DNA of 64,000 nt from Camelus ferus (lineage: Eukaryota), in contig NC_045706.1 of assembly GCF_009834535.1 (NCBI RefSeq), positions 15,376,001 through 15,440,000 of the forward strand, written 5' to 3'. Positions 31,301 to 44,447 of this stretch are shown in pieces. The notes under the pieces are model-generated. The model was not told where the DNA came from. It was given only the letters and a program-made list of their open reading frames with translations, and did no database searches. The stretch's first letter is position 1; each line of letters begins with the position of its first letter. The position numbers and the translations under genes are program-made.

Positions 31301-32421
31301 AAGACTTTGAACCATTTCATAATGACTCTTATTAAATACAGTCTTGACCTCCTGCAATGATGGCCGTTGAAGTAATTCCTTTGCTTCCCGCTCATCCATA
31401 TCCTCCCAAGGTCCTCCTGGAAGATAAGAAGGATTCCTTTGTGCCAGATGAGGAAACAAAAGACTGGCTCCTCCGACACACTTGTACATGCCCAGGGTCT
31501 CCAGGAAGATGTATTTATTTATCCGTGATGGAGTGGTCACTGCCAGGGCAGCACTGGGCAGGCTCTGGTGCAATCCTGCACAGCCACCAGCAATCCTTCA
31601 AAACCAGCAGACTGCCGTGAATGGTCATTCTCAGAGGGCCTTCGGTATATTTTCACTTATACTGAATTGTTTTTAGGGGAAAGAGCGAGTGGCAAATGGA
31701 TTTTATCTTCTTATGAAATCACCTTTAGAAGTAAAAGTACATAATTTTAATCTGTCTTCACTAGTGGAGGTGGACTTGAGTCAGCTCTGCTAGGTTCTTC
31801 ACAGAGTGGCTTAGGCTGGTAAATTCTCTGAGTCTGCTTCCTCATCTGAAAAATGCAGTGGATTATGCTGACCTCACAGGATCTTTTCAAAGATGAAGTA
31901 AGATTTCACCATCACAAGCATGTAGCCCAGTGTTGGCTCCACGGTAAGCATTCAACAAAGCATTCAGCAAAGGTTATTTCTCTGTTTTCCCCTTTTGTAC
32001 CCTATGGAGGATACAGGTATTACTGGTTCTTTTGTTCAGCAAACCTTGCTGGACTTCAGATATGTGGAAATAATCAATTTTTTGTTCACTTCCTGCTCAG
32101 GACAGGTTTTGCTTGATTTAGAAGAAATAATTTCTCGGAATGTATTTCTTTTTCTGTTTCTTCAGGTCAGCGTTTGACTTCTCTGGAAATGGTTTTTAGT
32201 ACCTTTATATGTGGTCTTTAATTAGACATTACTAGTTACTCCTCTAAGTAGTTCATAAAAAGTGTGTGCTGATCTCTACTTACTTGCGAACTGTAAAGCC
32301 ATAGACAGCCTGTTGTCATAATCCAGAGACCTAATCAAAACGGGGAAGAGACAAGATTACTTTCAGACTGTGTTCCTTTGGACAGGATATCTATAAACCA
32401 GTTAAACAGAAAATGGATTTC

Positions 32422-32490
32422 CCACCCATCCATCCATCCGTCCATCCATCCACCTATGGGTCTGTTCGCCCATCCATCCACCCAGCCCAC
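32422..32490. repeat. Imperfect (CCAT)n repeat
   Basis: cccacccatccatccatccgtccatccatccacc...cccatccatccacccagcccacc. Confidence 0.8.
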
Positions 32491-33649
32491 CCTGTTCTAG
32501 GCTTTTTTGATCATAAGGTTCTAATGGTGTTACAAAGCTCTTTGAAGAAGCAGCCTAATACACCTTAGGGGTGCCTAGAAGAGTTAATTTGTCCTGTAGA
32601 TGCCACCTGGAAAATAAAAAATTGGCAAGCAGGCATGAAATACTAAACGTGTAAAAAGTAAACAGACCTATGAAATGCAAGCATAGTTTCCTTTACTGTC
32701 TCCGGTGACCTGTAAACAGGCTAATGGTGAAACGCCTGTTGCAGAAAAGCAATCACCTGTTCATTTAAAATATCAAGTGAGTTATTCCATGACTTTGCCG
32801 ATTGCTCTTCTCTGTCATGAAAGGGCCCCTTAGCTCTGCTGCCGCTTAACCAAAACACAACTGAACAGTTTATATTACATGACCTTATGTTTGTCGGGAA
32901 CTTTTCTTTTACATATAATATCTCATTTAATCCCAACAATTGTGCGGGATAAGTATCATGATTCCTCAATTTTAAGAGGAGGAAATTGAAATTTGGAGAG
33001 AAAAAAATGACTTGCTCAAAGTCAGAGACCTAGTAAGTGAGCTCCAGAAATCAAACTCTGGTCTGTCTTGGCTATTAAGCCTACACATGACTTTTTGTAC
33101 CGTATACTGTGTTGGATCCAAGGCTGGGATCCGTTGGCCTGGGCTCTTGGCCTGCCCTGCCACCAACTGTGTGACACTGCATAGGTTTCCAGCTCTCTGG
33201 GCCTCATAACCCCATTGCTGTCCCTTTGTCAAAGAGCTGTAAGTACCCATTCAGTCCTGATTATGACCATGCCCTTGAAGCAAAGCCAACGACTTAGCAT
33301 GCAGGCTGTCTCACTGCATGACGCATTCTTGTTCTCCATGTGGACAGTGAATATGCCTTTGCTGATGTCCCCAGTGAAGGGGTGACATCAGCCACATCAC
33401 TTCAGGTCATCCTTGCTGTACCTCTTCTTTGGAACAAGGAATCCGACAGAAGTAAGGAGAAAGCTGTACACAGATAAAAAATAATAACAAGGGTGACTTC
33501 TGGACTGTGTTAAAATGATAACAGACTAAAATCTATTTTCTATCACCTATTTGGTGGTGGTCTGAATCATCTTAAATTTGTAAAGGGAATAGGACTGGTA
33601 ATATAAAGTATTTTATATCATTCTGGTCTATGATTGGATTTGAAAACTG

Positions 33650-34080
33650 TTACACAGTTTGGATTGCTTTGGGCTGCAAGTAAAAGAAAAAAAGCACTCA
33701 ACAATAGCAGCTTATAATTTGCTTGTCATACTTCGTGTGTGATGTCTGAAGTAAAGCAGTTCCAGAGTTGGTCTGACAATTCATTGATGTCAGAACATTG
33801 AGTTCATGTCTCTGATTTTCTTGGTCTTTTCCAGATGGCCATACATTTGCAGTCAGAAGAATCATGTTTTCACAAGATAGCATCTCAAGCAGCAGAGAAG
33901 GGTTGAGGGAAAAGGAGGGTTCTCTTTATGGACCTTCCACTTTAAGGAGGAAACTTTATCCTTCAAGGCTTGCAGAAGACTCCCCCTTACATCAAACTAT
34001 ACAAAGTAGGTCTTGTGTCACCTTCAAGACCAATCATTGGCCAGGTTTCCTGGGCTGGCTTGGACCAATCATGATTTTTT
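33650..34080 (-). mobile_element. Old MLT1 (MaLR) LTR
   Basis: ttggattgctttgggctgcaagtaaaag...cttggaccaatcatga resembles antisense MLT1J/K/L. Confidence 0.5.
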
Positions 34081-34139
34081 CCCTTACCATCTAAACAAAC
34101 CTGAGGTACAGTGAGCCAGAAAGTCTGTTGTGGACATCA

Positions 34140-34620
34140 TCATTACCTGGCCCCTGCCTCCTTCTCCAAGATCACCTCTGAGAACTCCCACTCATGTTCT
34201 CTGCCCTCCAGGCACCTTGAACTTGTGTACACACTGTTCCCCTTCTCTGATTCATTCTTCTCCAAACTCTTCACCTGGCTAACTACTACTCATCCTTCAG
34301 ATCTCATCCAAATATCACTTCTTAAGTGATTCCCTCTCTCCCTCAGACAAAGCCAGATTCTCTTTTGATACACTATCATGGTGCTCTGTTAACTTCAGAA
34401 CACATTTTCCCATTTGTAATTTTGTATTCATTTGTCTGAGTATTTGATTAATGTCTGTATCTTCCTCCACGAGACAGTAAAACCATGAGGACTATTAATT
34501 TTATATCTGCTTCTGCTGACTGTTGTACCTCCAGTAGCTGGCATAAATGCCTCTCCCATGCTTTACTTACTGTGTGCTTACTATGCACAAGGTGTTATAT
34601 TATGGATCAATAGATAAATG
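34140..34620 (+). mobile_element. L2 fragment
   Basis: cttgaacttgtgtacacactgttcccctt...aaatatcacttctt...ctgactgttgtacctccagtagctggcata. Confidence 0.55.
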
Positions 34621-35984
34621 AAAAAAACCAATGTCTTTTGAAAGCTTAAAACTTGGCCAGGGAGATCAGAGACAATGAACATTAATACTCCAAAGATAAT
34701 CACTTCTATTTCACTTTCATACTTCACTCTCATGTCCACACTTCGGACCTGATAGCTACCCATCCCTGTCTGGTCTTTGATAACTTTAATTCTGGTATCT
34801 CACCTTCTGACTGCAACCTCCCATCCTTCCACCTTTTCTATTTCCTCACTTCAACCAAACTTGTTCTTCAGCCTCTTCAAGCCCTCAAGATTCTCAACCC
34901 TTCCTCATGCTTTCACACGTCTTTTGTGATCAGTGACCTTTTCCAGCTGAAACTACCGTTCCCTCAACCCCTTGTCAACGGAGGTGAGCCAGCCTAGGCT
35001 TTGTACAAGTCTAACCACTGATTGGATCAGGGTGAGCACGTGACCCTGGGGCTGCCTGTCGATTGGTTGCCTGGTGGTCCATAGAGCGACATGACACAGA
35101 GTTTTGCTCAAACGTGGCAGTGGCAGTTAGGGAAGCCTTGTCGAAATTCCAAGTTACTCTACATATGATTCTCTTTGGCATTGATCTATTTTCTTTGTCT
35201 CTTTTGCTCAGTCCTCTACTTGCATGCAATCCTTATGTTTCTGAATCCCCAGAGTTCTTTTCTTAGACATTTCCCCACTTTACAAGTATTTCTTAACATT
35301 GGAAGTGTGGAGGGTCCATTGAAGTTGGTGACCATAAATCTGGCAAGATTCCTAGCTGCCTGATGTGTGATTTCTCTTCAGTGGTATTGAGCTGTTCAGG
35401 AGCAGACATGGGGGAGCCAGGTGGCGAGGTTCATTCTGGGTTAGTGTTTTTGCTGGAGAGATGACACAGAAGAACAAAAAAGTAAACAAGCTTAGGATAC
35501 TTGCAAAAGAGTGCTCAAATAGATGAAATATGGAGTCAGAGGGGCATAAGGAGGGAAGAGATGATAGGAGGGGCTCCTGGGGAGAAAGTATTGGTGAGAC
35601 TGAAGAAGATGGAATAAACAGGCCAGAAGGGTAGGAGGTGGTGTTTGGAGAAACATGATTGAGTTGACGATCTTAAAAGCAGACCAGCTGCAGGAGGTGA
35701 GTGGCTGAGCTCTAGTGTAGGGAAAGGTCAGAGGCCATGAGAGAGTCAAGGAACTTAAAGGCTAAGGTGTTTGGACATCCATGTGGGCATCCAGTTCATG
35801 AAACCAAATCCTTTTGAAATTCTCTGAAGTTTTTTGAAATGAGAAACAGAATAAAGTTAATCATTCTCTGCCCATCTCTCCTAACACATATATACATCAG
35901 TGTTTATTTTTATATTTGGATTCATTTGTAAAAGCAAAAGTAGATAAAATGTCAAAGGAGGACCTTCGGATCCATAGAAGATTG

Positions 35985-36275
35985 AAGTCAGAATCCTCTT
36001 TGTTTCAAAAGAACCCTTGGGTTCATTTTCTGGGGACTAGAGAATGTGCATAGGTGGTAGGAGGTGGCCCAAAGGTTAGAGGCTGGGGAGACAGCCAAAA
36101 AGACCAGCACTGATCCTCCAGAGGCTGGAAAAAGCAAGGAAATAGATTTTTCCCTGAAGCTCCAAAAGGAACATGGCTTTACTGACACCTTGGCTTTATA
36201 TTTCTGAACTCTGTAACTATAAGAGCCACTAAATATGTGGTAATTTATCACAGCAGCAACTGGAAACTAATGCAG
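35985..36275 (+). mobile_element. MLT1 LTR 3' fragment
   Basis: ccagaggctggaaaaagcaaggaaatagatttttccctgaagctcc...tgtggtaatttatcacagcagcaactggaaactaatgca. Confidence 0.7.
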
Positions 36276-36299
36276 AGAGAATGGGTGTTGGGTGGGTTA

Positions 36300-37830
36300 A
36301 CATAAGGGTCTACCATGTATGTGTAGTAGCCAGCTCAAACTTGTGCAAAACGGAAATCTTGATTTTCACTGTTCTTAACCCTCCCACCTCTTCCTAGTCT
36401 CAGGAAACAGCACCTGCTTAGACTATAAACCTGATTTCTAGCCTTTTCAAACATCCTTACTCCAAATCTGTCAGCAAATCCTGCTGTCTCTACCTTCAAG
36501 ACAAAGCCCACACCCGACCACTTCCCCTGACGTCCACGGCCACGCCAACTTGCCATATCTCTTACCCAGGCCACTTCTGTAACACCTGGGTTCCCCACTT
36601 CTACTCTTTCTCTCTTTAATCTCATTATCCTATTATCTCTGACAATAGTTCATTGATTCCATCACCTTCCTGCTCAGATCCCTCCAATGGCTTCCCATTG
36701 CATTAGAATGAAATCCAATGTGCTCACCAGGGTTGAAAGCCCTACACAATCTGGCCCTGTCACCTTTCACCATTATTTCCCAGCATCCTGCTCTGCAGTA
36801 CTAGATTTCTTGATGCTTCTCAAATGGGCCCAAGTGGTAGCTGCCCCAGGGCCTTTGCACTCACTGCTTGCTCTGCCTAGAAACACCCTTCTTTGCATAT
36901 CCACATGGCCCACTCCAACACTCTGCTCAAATTTCTGCTCAGATATAGGCCTTAGCAGCCTTTCCCAGTCATTCTGTCAGAGCAGGCAGATGGCTAGATA
37001 TGAGCAGAGAAAGGGGGACACAGACCAAATGGCAGGAATTGGGCAGAAAGGAGGGGCACAGGCCAAATGCAGGAAACCACACATCATGTGAGCAGCAGGG
37101 ATCCTTGGGTATAGAAAGAAGAGCAGGAACCTTGGGGCTGATAAGGGATCATGCCTTTTGGGATGACAAGTGGCCTGGAGAAGAACAAAGAAAGGTGAGA
37201 AAAGGCAGGAATTTCTAGTGTCCGAATGTAACCTTTTGCTCATTGTGCCCTCATTTTAATAAAATTAGCCTTGCAGATCAGAAGTACCCATCATGCACCG
37301 ACACCATGACACCTCCAATCCAGACTAAATAAGGACAAAAATCCCCCCTCCCTTTGGGAAGGTGGAGCTGGGATGATAATCAGGGAATACGACCCCAAAC
37401 CCTTCCCTCCCCATTGAATATTCTGCCCATTCATGTTTACACCCTATGTAGCTAACTTGCGAAAGAAACTCAGGGCAGCCGCTCACCTGAGCCTGCCCGC
37501 TCTCCCCGAGAGTGTACTATCCATCCTTTAATATAATCCCCACTTTACCTTTTTTTAACCTCTAAGTCTTGTCTCTGAATTCTTTCTGGGACAGGACAAG
37601 AACCCGGAACACCGGTTGCATCTATCGGCAACAGTTCCACCTCACTTAACTCCCAAGCTCCTTATCCTGAGTTACCTTTCTTCATAACACTTCTCGCCAT
37701 GTGAAATCACATTAACTGTCTTCTTCACTAAAATGCAGATTCTATGAGAGCTAGGACTATCTTGTTACCTGCTGTATCTCCAGTGCTAAGAACAGTGCTT
37801 GGCAAAGAGCTCTATAAATAACTGTTGATT
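36300..37830 (+). mobile_element. L2 element interrupted by an ERV LTR (L2 parts ~36300-36974 and ~37634-37830)
   Basis: aatctgtcagcaaatcctgctgtctctaccttcaag...cttcccattgcattagaatgaaatcc and ...ctgtatctccagtgctaagaacagtgcttggca. Confidence 0.65.
36975..37633 (+). mobile_element. ERV1-like solo LTR (659 bp)
   Basis: Starts TGTCAGAG and ends CGGCAACA. 4-bp TSD attc/gttc (one mismatch). Internal ~29-bp direct repeat in U3. Confidence 0.8.
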
Positions 37831-38454
37831 GAGGAAAAAAATATATATAAATGGTTATCTCCTTTTTGGTCTCTTTCATGATTGGTGAAAGGGCAAGTGT
37901 TGCCTTCTTATGTAGGTGATGTTTACTCAGAACACAAATTAGTGCATTTTTACATACCCATCCACACCTTCTGTATCTTTATACCTGAAAGAGAAATTGG
38001 TTTTCAGCTCCCACAAGTCCTGTCATAGGTTGGAAGAGAAGTTGTGAACCAACTATGACTTCGTTGAAAGTACAAATCCAATAGCGCAGCCCTCTTCAAT
38101 CACAAATGGATGACTTTTGCCCTCTCAAATGAGAGGGACCACTGTTCACATTGGCTGTGTGACTGTTAGGTGCCGGTTGATTAATTACAGGAAATTCTTC
38201 CCTGGTATTCTTTCCTAACCATTGCCTCCAGCACACATCCAAATCTCCTGGTTTTAAAAGTTAGCCATACTCATTTGCTCTTGGTGCTTATGTTATGTTT
38301 TAAATGTTTAGCAGATAGAATACATCTATCTTTACAATTCCTTTCTCTCGTGTTACTCAGTTTCACTGAAGAGTGTAACTATCCCTTGGGACCCTCCCCA
38401 GGCTCCAAAGTTTCTAAACTGTTCAACTTACCCCTTCCCAGGTGTATTTTACCA

Positions 38455-38620
38455 CTGGTTTACAAACTTGGCTGCAAACTGAAGTTAAACAACACTGATT
38501 CCTGGTCCCATCCTCAGAGATCCCAACTTAGTCAGTTTGGGATGCTGCCTGGGCACTGGGACTGGAAAAGATCTCTAGGTGATTCTAAGGAGTAGCCACA
38601 GTTGAGAACCATCACATCTA
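38455..38620. mobile_element. MER5A-like hAT element
   Basis: ctgattcctggtcccatcctcagaga...ggtgattctaaggagtagccacagttgagaaccat. Confidence 0.7.
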
Positions 38621-39339
38621 GTCCCTCTCATTAGGGTCTTTAGAACCCCCTTTCTGAATAAACTCCTCAGACTCCTTGGAATTTTCCATTTATCTGTTGC
38701 AATGTGCAAAGAACAGGCTTTTGCCTGATGACTCATAACAACACCCAACAAAGGAGATGTCTCCTTACTTGATTTTATAGTACCTTGGAGTTCGTACAGC
38801 CCTATGCACACATTGTTTTCCTCTAACTTCTCCCAACATCCCTGTGAGGTGGGCATTCTGGGCAAGGTGAAGTGATGGCAGCTGGGACAACGGTCTGCAG
38901 AGTTAGGGCTGGGGCAGCCAGATGGAGCAAAAGAAACAAACAAAAACAATCCCACAAAAACAGGATGCCCAGTTAAATTGGAATTCCAGATGAACAACAA
39001 ATAATTTCTTAGTATAAGTATATTCCATGCAATATTTTGGACATACATTTAAAAAAAAAGTTCTATCTGCAATTTCAATGTAAAAACAGGTACCTGAATT
39101 TTATTGGTCATCTCTACACTCAGTGTCCATTCCTCTTCTGAAGCTCAGGCTAGTGGCTATGTCTTCTTGTAGTGTCCCAGGACCTTGGCAACCAGGTCCC
39201 ACCCTTGTTCCTCCTCTCCTCTGAAGGGGTAGCCATAATCCTCAGAAAGCCTCTCGTGTATACTAGAATCCACTTGCACTTCCTATTTTCCCCTCCCAAT
39301 CTCCTTCCTGTGTCCTAAATTATTAATCAGGTCAGGCTG

Positions 39340-39600
39340 GTTTATAAAACACAAACATTTACTGAGTATTTTCCATGGGCCGGGCATTGTGCTAAGTGCT
39401 TTGTACTCAGTACTTCATTTGTTCCTCACCAGGCTCTTGGAGGTAGGTACCATTTCCTAGGCTCCTACATACAGCTGTTTCTGTTTTAAGATGGAGAAAC
39501 TGAGGTTTAGAGAGCTTGAGAGATTCCTAAGGTCCTACAACTGGGAAGTGCCAAAGCTGGGATTTGAACAGGGCTTTCTGAGTCCAGAGCCTTTGTTCTG
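39340..39600. mobile_element. MIR SINE
   Basis: ttttaagatggagaaactgaggtttagagag...ggatttgaacagggc. Confidence 0.7.
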
Positions 39601-40726
39601 CACCAGCATACTAGAAAAACCAGATGAAAAGCCTTGTGGCTTTGCTGTTCAAGTTTTCCAGCTTGTTCAGTTTAGCTTTCTGAAGCTCCTGGGATTTGGA
39701 ACAACCATTGGCTCCACCTCTTCCATGCCACGTGGGTGGCCGGGGAGAAGAAAACTGTTGACAGTGTAGCAATCTATAAGATGCATACATATTTTTGGAA
39801 ACTTTATTTTTAACCCTAAAAAAAAGAAGTGTCACCCATAAGGCTCTTGAAGAAAGACTTCAGCATCCATTGCCAGCAAAGTAAATAAACTCTCAGTCAA
39901 CACAGGGACAATGTTCTTTGAACATGTTTGCTGAGGCTAAGGGGCAAATAGTTTATGCTGATTCGGGGTAACTGGCCACAAATACAACGTGTCAGAAAGG
40001 CTTTTTTTCAAGTGTTCCCTATCTTTTTTGGTATAAACTGCCCCTAATCTTTAGCAGTCTGTAAATATTTGTGCAATTAATGTATGCTGGCAAACGTCTC
40101 AAGAGAAAAGCAGGCTTCATAATGCCAAGCAAAATTGTAATTAGTAAGACAAAAGAAAAAAATTTGTATCTTTCATCTCAGTGCTTAAAAACTGTCAACA
40201 TTTAATACAGCTAGAAGCTTTAGAAAAGACAATTTGCAAAAGCTGACTTCTCTAAGCTATTAGGAGTTCGTCCTACACCCTAGCATAAAAAACACTCACT
40301 TGAGAACTAATTTTTCCCTTCCTTCCTTAGCATTAATTCAGTCAACATTAATCAAAGGCGTGGTAGAGAAGTTTCTTTAGAAATGTCAGTGATGTTGTTA
40401 AAGGGAGTGTTTTGCATTGTGGTCCTTACGAGGCACTGGAGGAGAGGGGAAACATGAGTGACCCATCTTGCCTAGAAATGACTGCCTAAGTGACGCGAGA
40501 GAAAGAGGAAAGAGGTGTGCCAGCTGACACCAGCCGAAGAAGCCAGTGCACCTGGACACGTTCACTGCAAGTTGTCTGCCGGGGTGCTGCTCCCTTTACA
40601 CTTTGCAGGCTTCCTCCAAAAGTTGTCGTGGCTTGAATTTACTATTCAGACTCTGGAAGTTCCTGGGCAAGAGTTCTCTAGCTCTGAGCACATTTGTGCC
40701 TTGAGTCAGGATAGGATGGCTAGCTG

Positions 40727-41087
40727 GCTATTATAAACTGAATGTTNNNNNNNNNNNNNNNNNNNNNNNNNNNNNNNNNNNNNNNNNNNNNNNNNNNNNN
40801 NNNNNNNNNNNNNNNNNNNNNNNNNNNNNNNNNNNNNNNNNNNNNNNNNNNNNNNNNNNNNNNNNNNNNNNNNNNNNNNNNNNNNNNNNNNNNNNNNNNN
40901 NNNNNNNNNNNNNNNNNNNNNNNNNNNNNNNNNNNNNNNNNNNNNNNNNNNNNNNNNNNNNNNNNNNNNNNNNNNNNNNNNNNNNNNNNNNNNNNNNNNN
41001 NNNNNNNNNNNNNNNNNNNNNNNNNNNNNNNNNNNNNNNNNNNNNNNNNNNNNNNTAATTTGTTAGCGGTTCAAACTGACTAAGACA
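40727..41087 (+). mobile_element. MaLR (MLT1A/MST-type) LTR whose interior is an N gap
   Basis: Left end ctattataaactgaatgtt and right end taatttgttagcggttcaaactgactaagaca are MaLR termini; total span ~360 bp. Confidence 0.55.
40747..41055. other. Assembly gap (309 N)
   Basis: Run of n inside a MaLR LTR. Confidence 0.98.
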
Positions 41088-41204
41088 CCAGGTCTGAATA
41101 GTCAATGCATGATGGTCAATCGACGGTCTTGCCTAGCTGTTTAATATTGGTTTTGCTGCCACTCACGCTGATCTGCACAGGAGTCTTTTGGTATCAGTAT
41201 AAAG

Positions 41205-41365
41205 CACATTCTCCTAGAATCTCCAGGCAGGTTAGTTAAACATGCAGATTCCTGGTCTCCACCCGAGAAATACTGAAATCACAATGAGGGTGGAGTCGGG
41301 TGCATGAATCTGCTCCATACAGATCCTCCAGGATTCTTAGGCACCCCAAAACTTGAGAATCACTA
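41205..41365. mobile_element. MER5A-like hAT element
   Basis: ttaaacatgcagattcctggtctccacccgagaaatactgaaatc...aaacttgagaatcacta. Confidence 0.7.
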
Positions 41366-41780
41366 GGGTAAAGGAATCATCTTCTATCTGATGAGCTTCC
41401 TTGTTGAGAGGCTGAAATGGGAGAGGATTAGATATTTCCTTTGGTAACCTGTCTCTGAATCCCCAAGCAGAGGGACACCTCCTCACTTGTACACTAGAGT
41501 AATGTATGTACAACGTTGTTACAGCCACTGTTTTACTGGAGTGATTTGTTTATCTCTTCTGGGGAAAGTATCATTTCTTAGGCATCTTTTTAACCCCACC
41601 CCTAACACAACAACTGGAATTTAGTACGACTCTCTAAATGTTTGCTGCATAAATCAACCCTTGGTGTAAATTCCCACACTTTTGGAAGACCTCACTTTGA
41701 GGCAGAAAGTGTCCAGTAGAGCGTTTTCCGTAAGTTTCACATCAAAATCATTGTCTTCACATCATTCTTTGATACCTACC

Positions 41781-41908
41781 TTTTTTTAGGGAGGGGGTAG
41801 TATTTGGCTTATTTATTTAGTCTTAGAGGAGGTACTGGGGATTGAAGCCAGGACCTCGTGCATGCAAGCATGCACTCTACCACCTGAGCTATCTACACCC
41901 CTCCCCCC
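41781..41908 (-). mobile_element. Vic-1-like SINE
   Basis: ggaggtactggggattgaagccaggacctcgtgcatgcaagcatgcactctaccacctgagctat. Confidence 0.88.
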
Positions 41909-42082
41909 AGCACTGAGTGTTTTGTGCCAGGCATTGTGCTAAGCACTTTACATACGTTATCTCATTTGATCTTCACAACGTTAGTATTCTCAAGGGCTGA
42001 TGAGGAAACATAAAGATGGCCTAAGGTAACATGAGCACGAAATGGTCAAGTGGCAGGGCTGGGATTAGAACTTGGATCAGAC

Positions 42083-42387
42083 TGTTTAATTAATTGAACA
42101 AGGAGGCCATTCGACTCAAGGTAGTTTTAATGCTGCTGCACCTCCGTATTAAACCAAAATCTAAGCTTGCAGACACCTCAGGTTTAGGAAAGCAAAACCT
42201 AAGGACAACCAGTCACAGCCAACTAGGGTTTAAGCTTTAGCCAATCAATAATGTCCTTACTTTCCCTCCACTTTTTCTCCGTAGGTAGGTGTTCTCCAGC
42301 TCCCGCTGAGGGAGTGCTTCTAACCACTTCTCGTTTGACTCACATAATTTCCTAAAATTTTAATATGCCTCAGTTTATCTTTTAACA
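42083..42387 (+). mobile_element. MER4-group-like ERV1 solo LTR (short, 305 bp)
   Basis: Starts TGTTTAATTAATTG...ggaggccatt and ends cctcagtttatcttttaaCA. TSD agac/ggac. Confidence 0.7.
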
Positions 42388-44328
42388 GGACTCAGAGCCA
42401 GATTTCTAAATACTGATGTTTAAAAGCACCTTGGCTAACCCTGGATCTTCAGGAAAAAAAAAGTCTGGTTGACATATATCTTAAACAACTTAAGCTGGAA
42501 CTAGCAATTAAGACCAAACCTATCAGACTGTTTCTACCTCCTTTTCCCCCCAAATCCTTCCTGAACCTCATGCCATCTACCTGGGTCAGACCGTCCAAGC
42601 TCAAGAAGTGCTTGGCCTTGTATTTCTGCATTCCTAACCCCCAGGTGCCTTCCAAATTTAAATCCTTTGACACGGTTTGGCCTTAAATGCTTAAAACAAA
42701 TTTATTAGAAAACTGCAGTACCACAAGTATTTATATAAACCGAAACTCACGCCAAAGCCAACTCATCATATTTGGCTTTTGGGCTTTCAGATGTTGATCA
42801 TGTACTTTTAGAGGGCTGCTCATGCATGAACCTGCGAGCTAATGGAGTTTCCACGTCCCCATCAGTACTGCGGTGGCGGCTGGGGCCTTCCAAATGTGTT
42901 CTTGGAGCATTTATGTTAATGATTTATGAGTCAGAAAGAATTATTTGCCATCTGATCCAAAACAAAGTCCTGAAATCTAGCAGAAGGGTGATCTATGGCC
43001 TGCGGGCACCCTGGCAGGGAGAGGCAATAATTCTCTGACCTGGCTCCCAGCACAGGTGGGGAGAGACAGGCTCTGTGCCTTCAACGCGTAACAGCTTTTG
43101 CCCGCAAGGAAAACATGCAAAGAATGGCTCTCTTAATCCCATTCTGTTTATGAAGACATTGTAAAGGCTGAAATTCACATTTTCAGACACTTTGAGAACA
43201 TATAAACAATCCCACTATATCACTCAGAGACGGTTCATTTAAAAAAAGGAAGGGCATAGAAAATACACCAAGTAAATTAAGGGCATCATGTAGTTTTACA
43301 AGCTTTTGCTGAAGGTTAAGACATAGTTGAAAACATGTCTTCTGTGAAAGCTCCAGAAGATGTATGTCCTTTCATGAATTCTTTTTAGGCAGACACTGTA
43401 TCACAGCCCCAGCTTCAGTGCAGAGGGGAAGCAAAAAATGTAAACAAGTGGTCCTTGCCCTCAAAACTGAGCATCTCAAATTGTCATGTACACATGGATA
43501 CCCCAAGGATTTAGTTAAAATGTAGGTTCTTATTGAGTAGGTTGGGAGGGTGGGAGGGGTTCTGCATTTCTGCTCCCGGGGGGGCAGATGGCACTGTGCA
43601 TGTCAACTTGGTATTTATAAGTCAAAAATATTTACAAGGCAAAACCGTGCAAAAGAACCTTTCATCTTGCATATCTTTGAAGAACTCTGAAGGATCACAT
43701 TCCTGTGGAAATTGGTGATACCAGAGCTACTGCTGTTTGTCTTCCTGTGGAATGAAACCGCTTTCAGTTGGGGCTTTACATTAGTGACCACTGCAGCTTC
43801 TCACCTGGCCAAACGTCTGCTGGAAAAGGGCCTGAGAGATGGAAAGTCAGAGGAAGTCTGTGTTCCCAGGAAGTCAAAAGGCATCCTTGGTAGCCAGAGT
43901 ATCTGGACAAAAGATTTCAGGTGATGCACTGCAAGACTGGACAAAAGAAAAGATTTGTCAGCCAGTATCTAAGTTCTTTCAGTGGACACTATCTTCTTTA
44001 TCACAGAGAAATCTTGGTTTCCTTGAGGTTTTTAAACCCTGTCGAATACACGGCATCCCAGCACTTTGAGACCTATTTTGTGCAATTTATAAGCATATTA
44101 ATAGACTTATGATGGTTTATGGAAATTTGCTCAGAGAAAAAAATCTCAGAGCAGAGCCTAAAACTGGCACTTAAAATAGGCTAGTGGCACCTTGAGAAAA
44201 AAACAAAGAGAAACCCAGATTTGAGGCTATGATGGCAGTAAGGACACTGCAGACCTGTCTTCTGCATCCGACAACAGATGCCTGATGCTTTTGCATTTGG
44301 AAGCTTGGGTTCTAAGTAATGGTAACTA

Positions 44329-44447
44329 GGTAGAGCGCATGCTCAGCATGCACGAGGCCCTGGGTTCAATCCCCAGTACCTCCATTAAAATAAATAAATA
44401 AACCTAATTACCACCCAGCCCAAAAAAGCAGGAAAAAACCCCAAAAA
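44329..44447 (+). mobile_element. 5'-truncated Vic-1-like SINE
   Basis: ggtagagcgcatgctcagcatgcacgaggccctgggttcaatccccagtacctccattaaaataaataaataaacctaattacc. Confidence 0.9.

Noticed and set aside
38017-38137. Two hairpins (gtcataggttgg...ccaactatgac; ccctctca-aa-tgagaggg) as a possible miRNA or structured RNA
   Set aside because: Stems of only 8-11 bp that do not extend, too short for a pre-miRNA and expected by chance in 64 kb.
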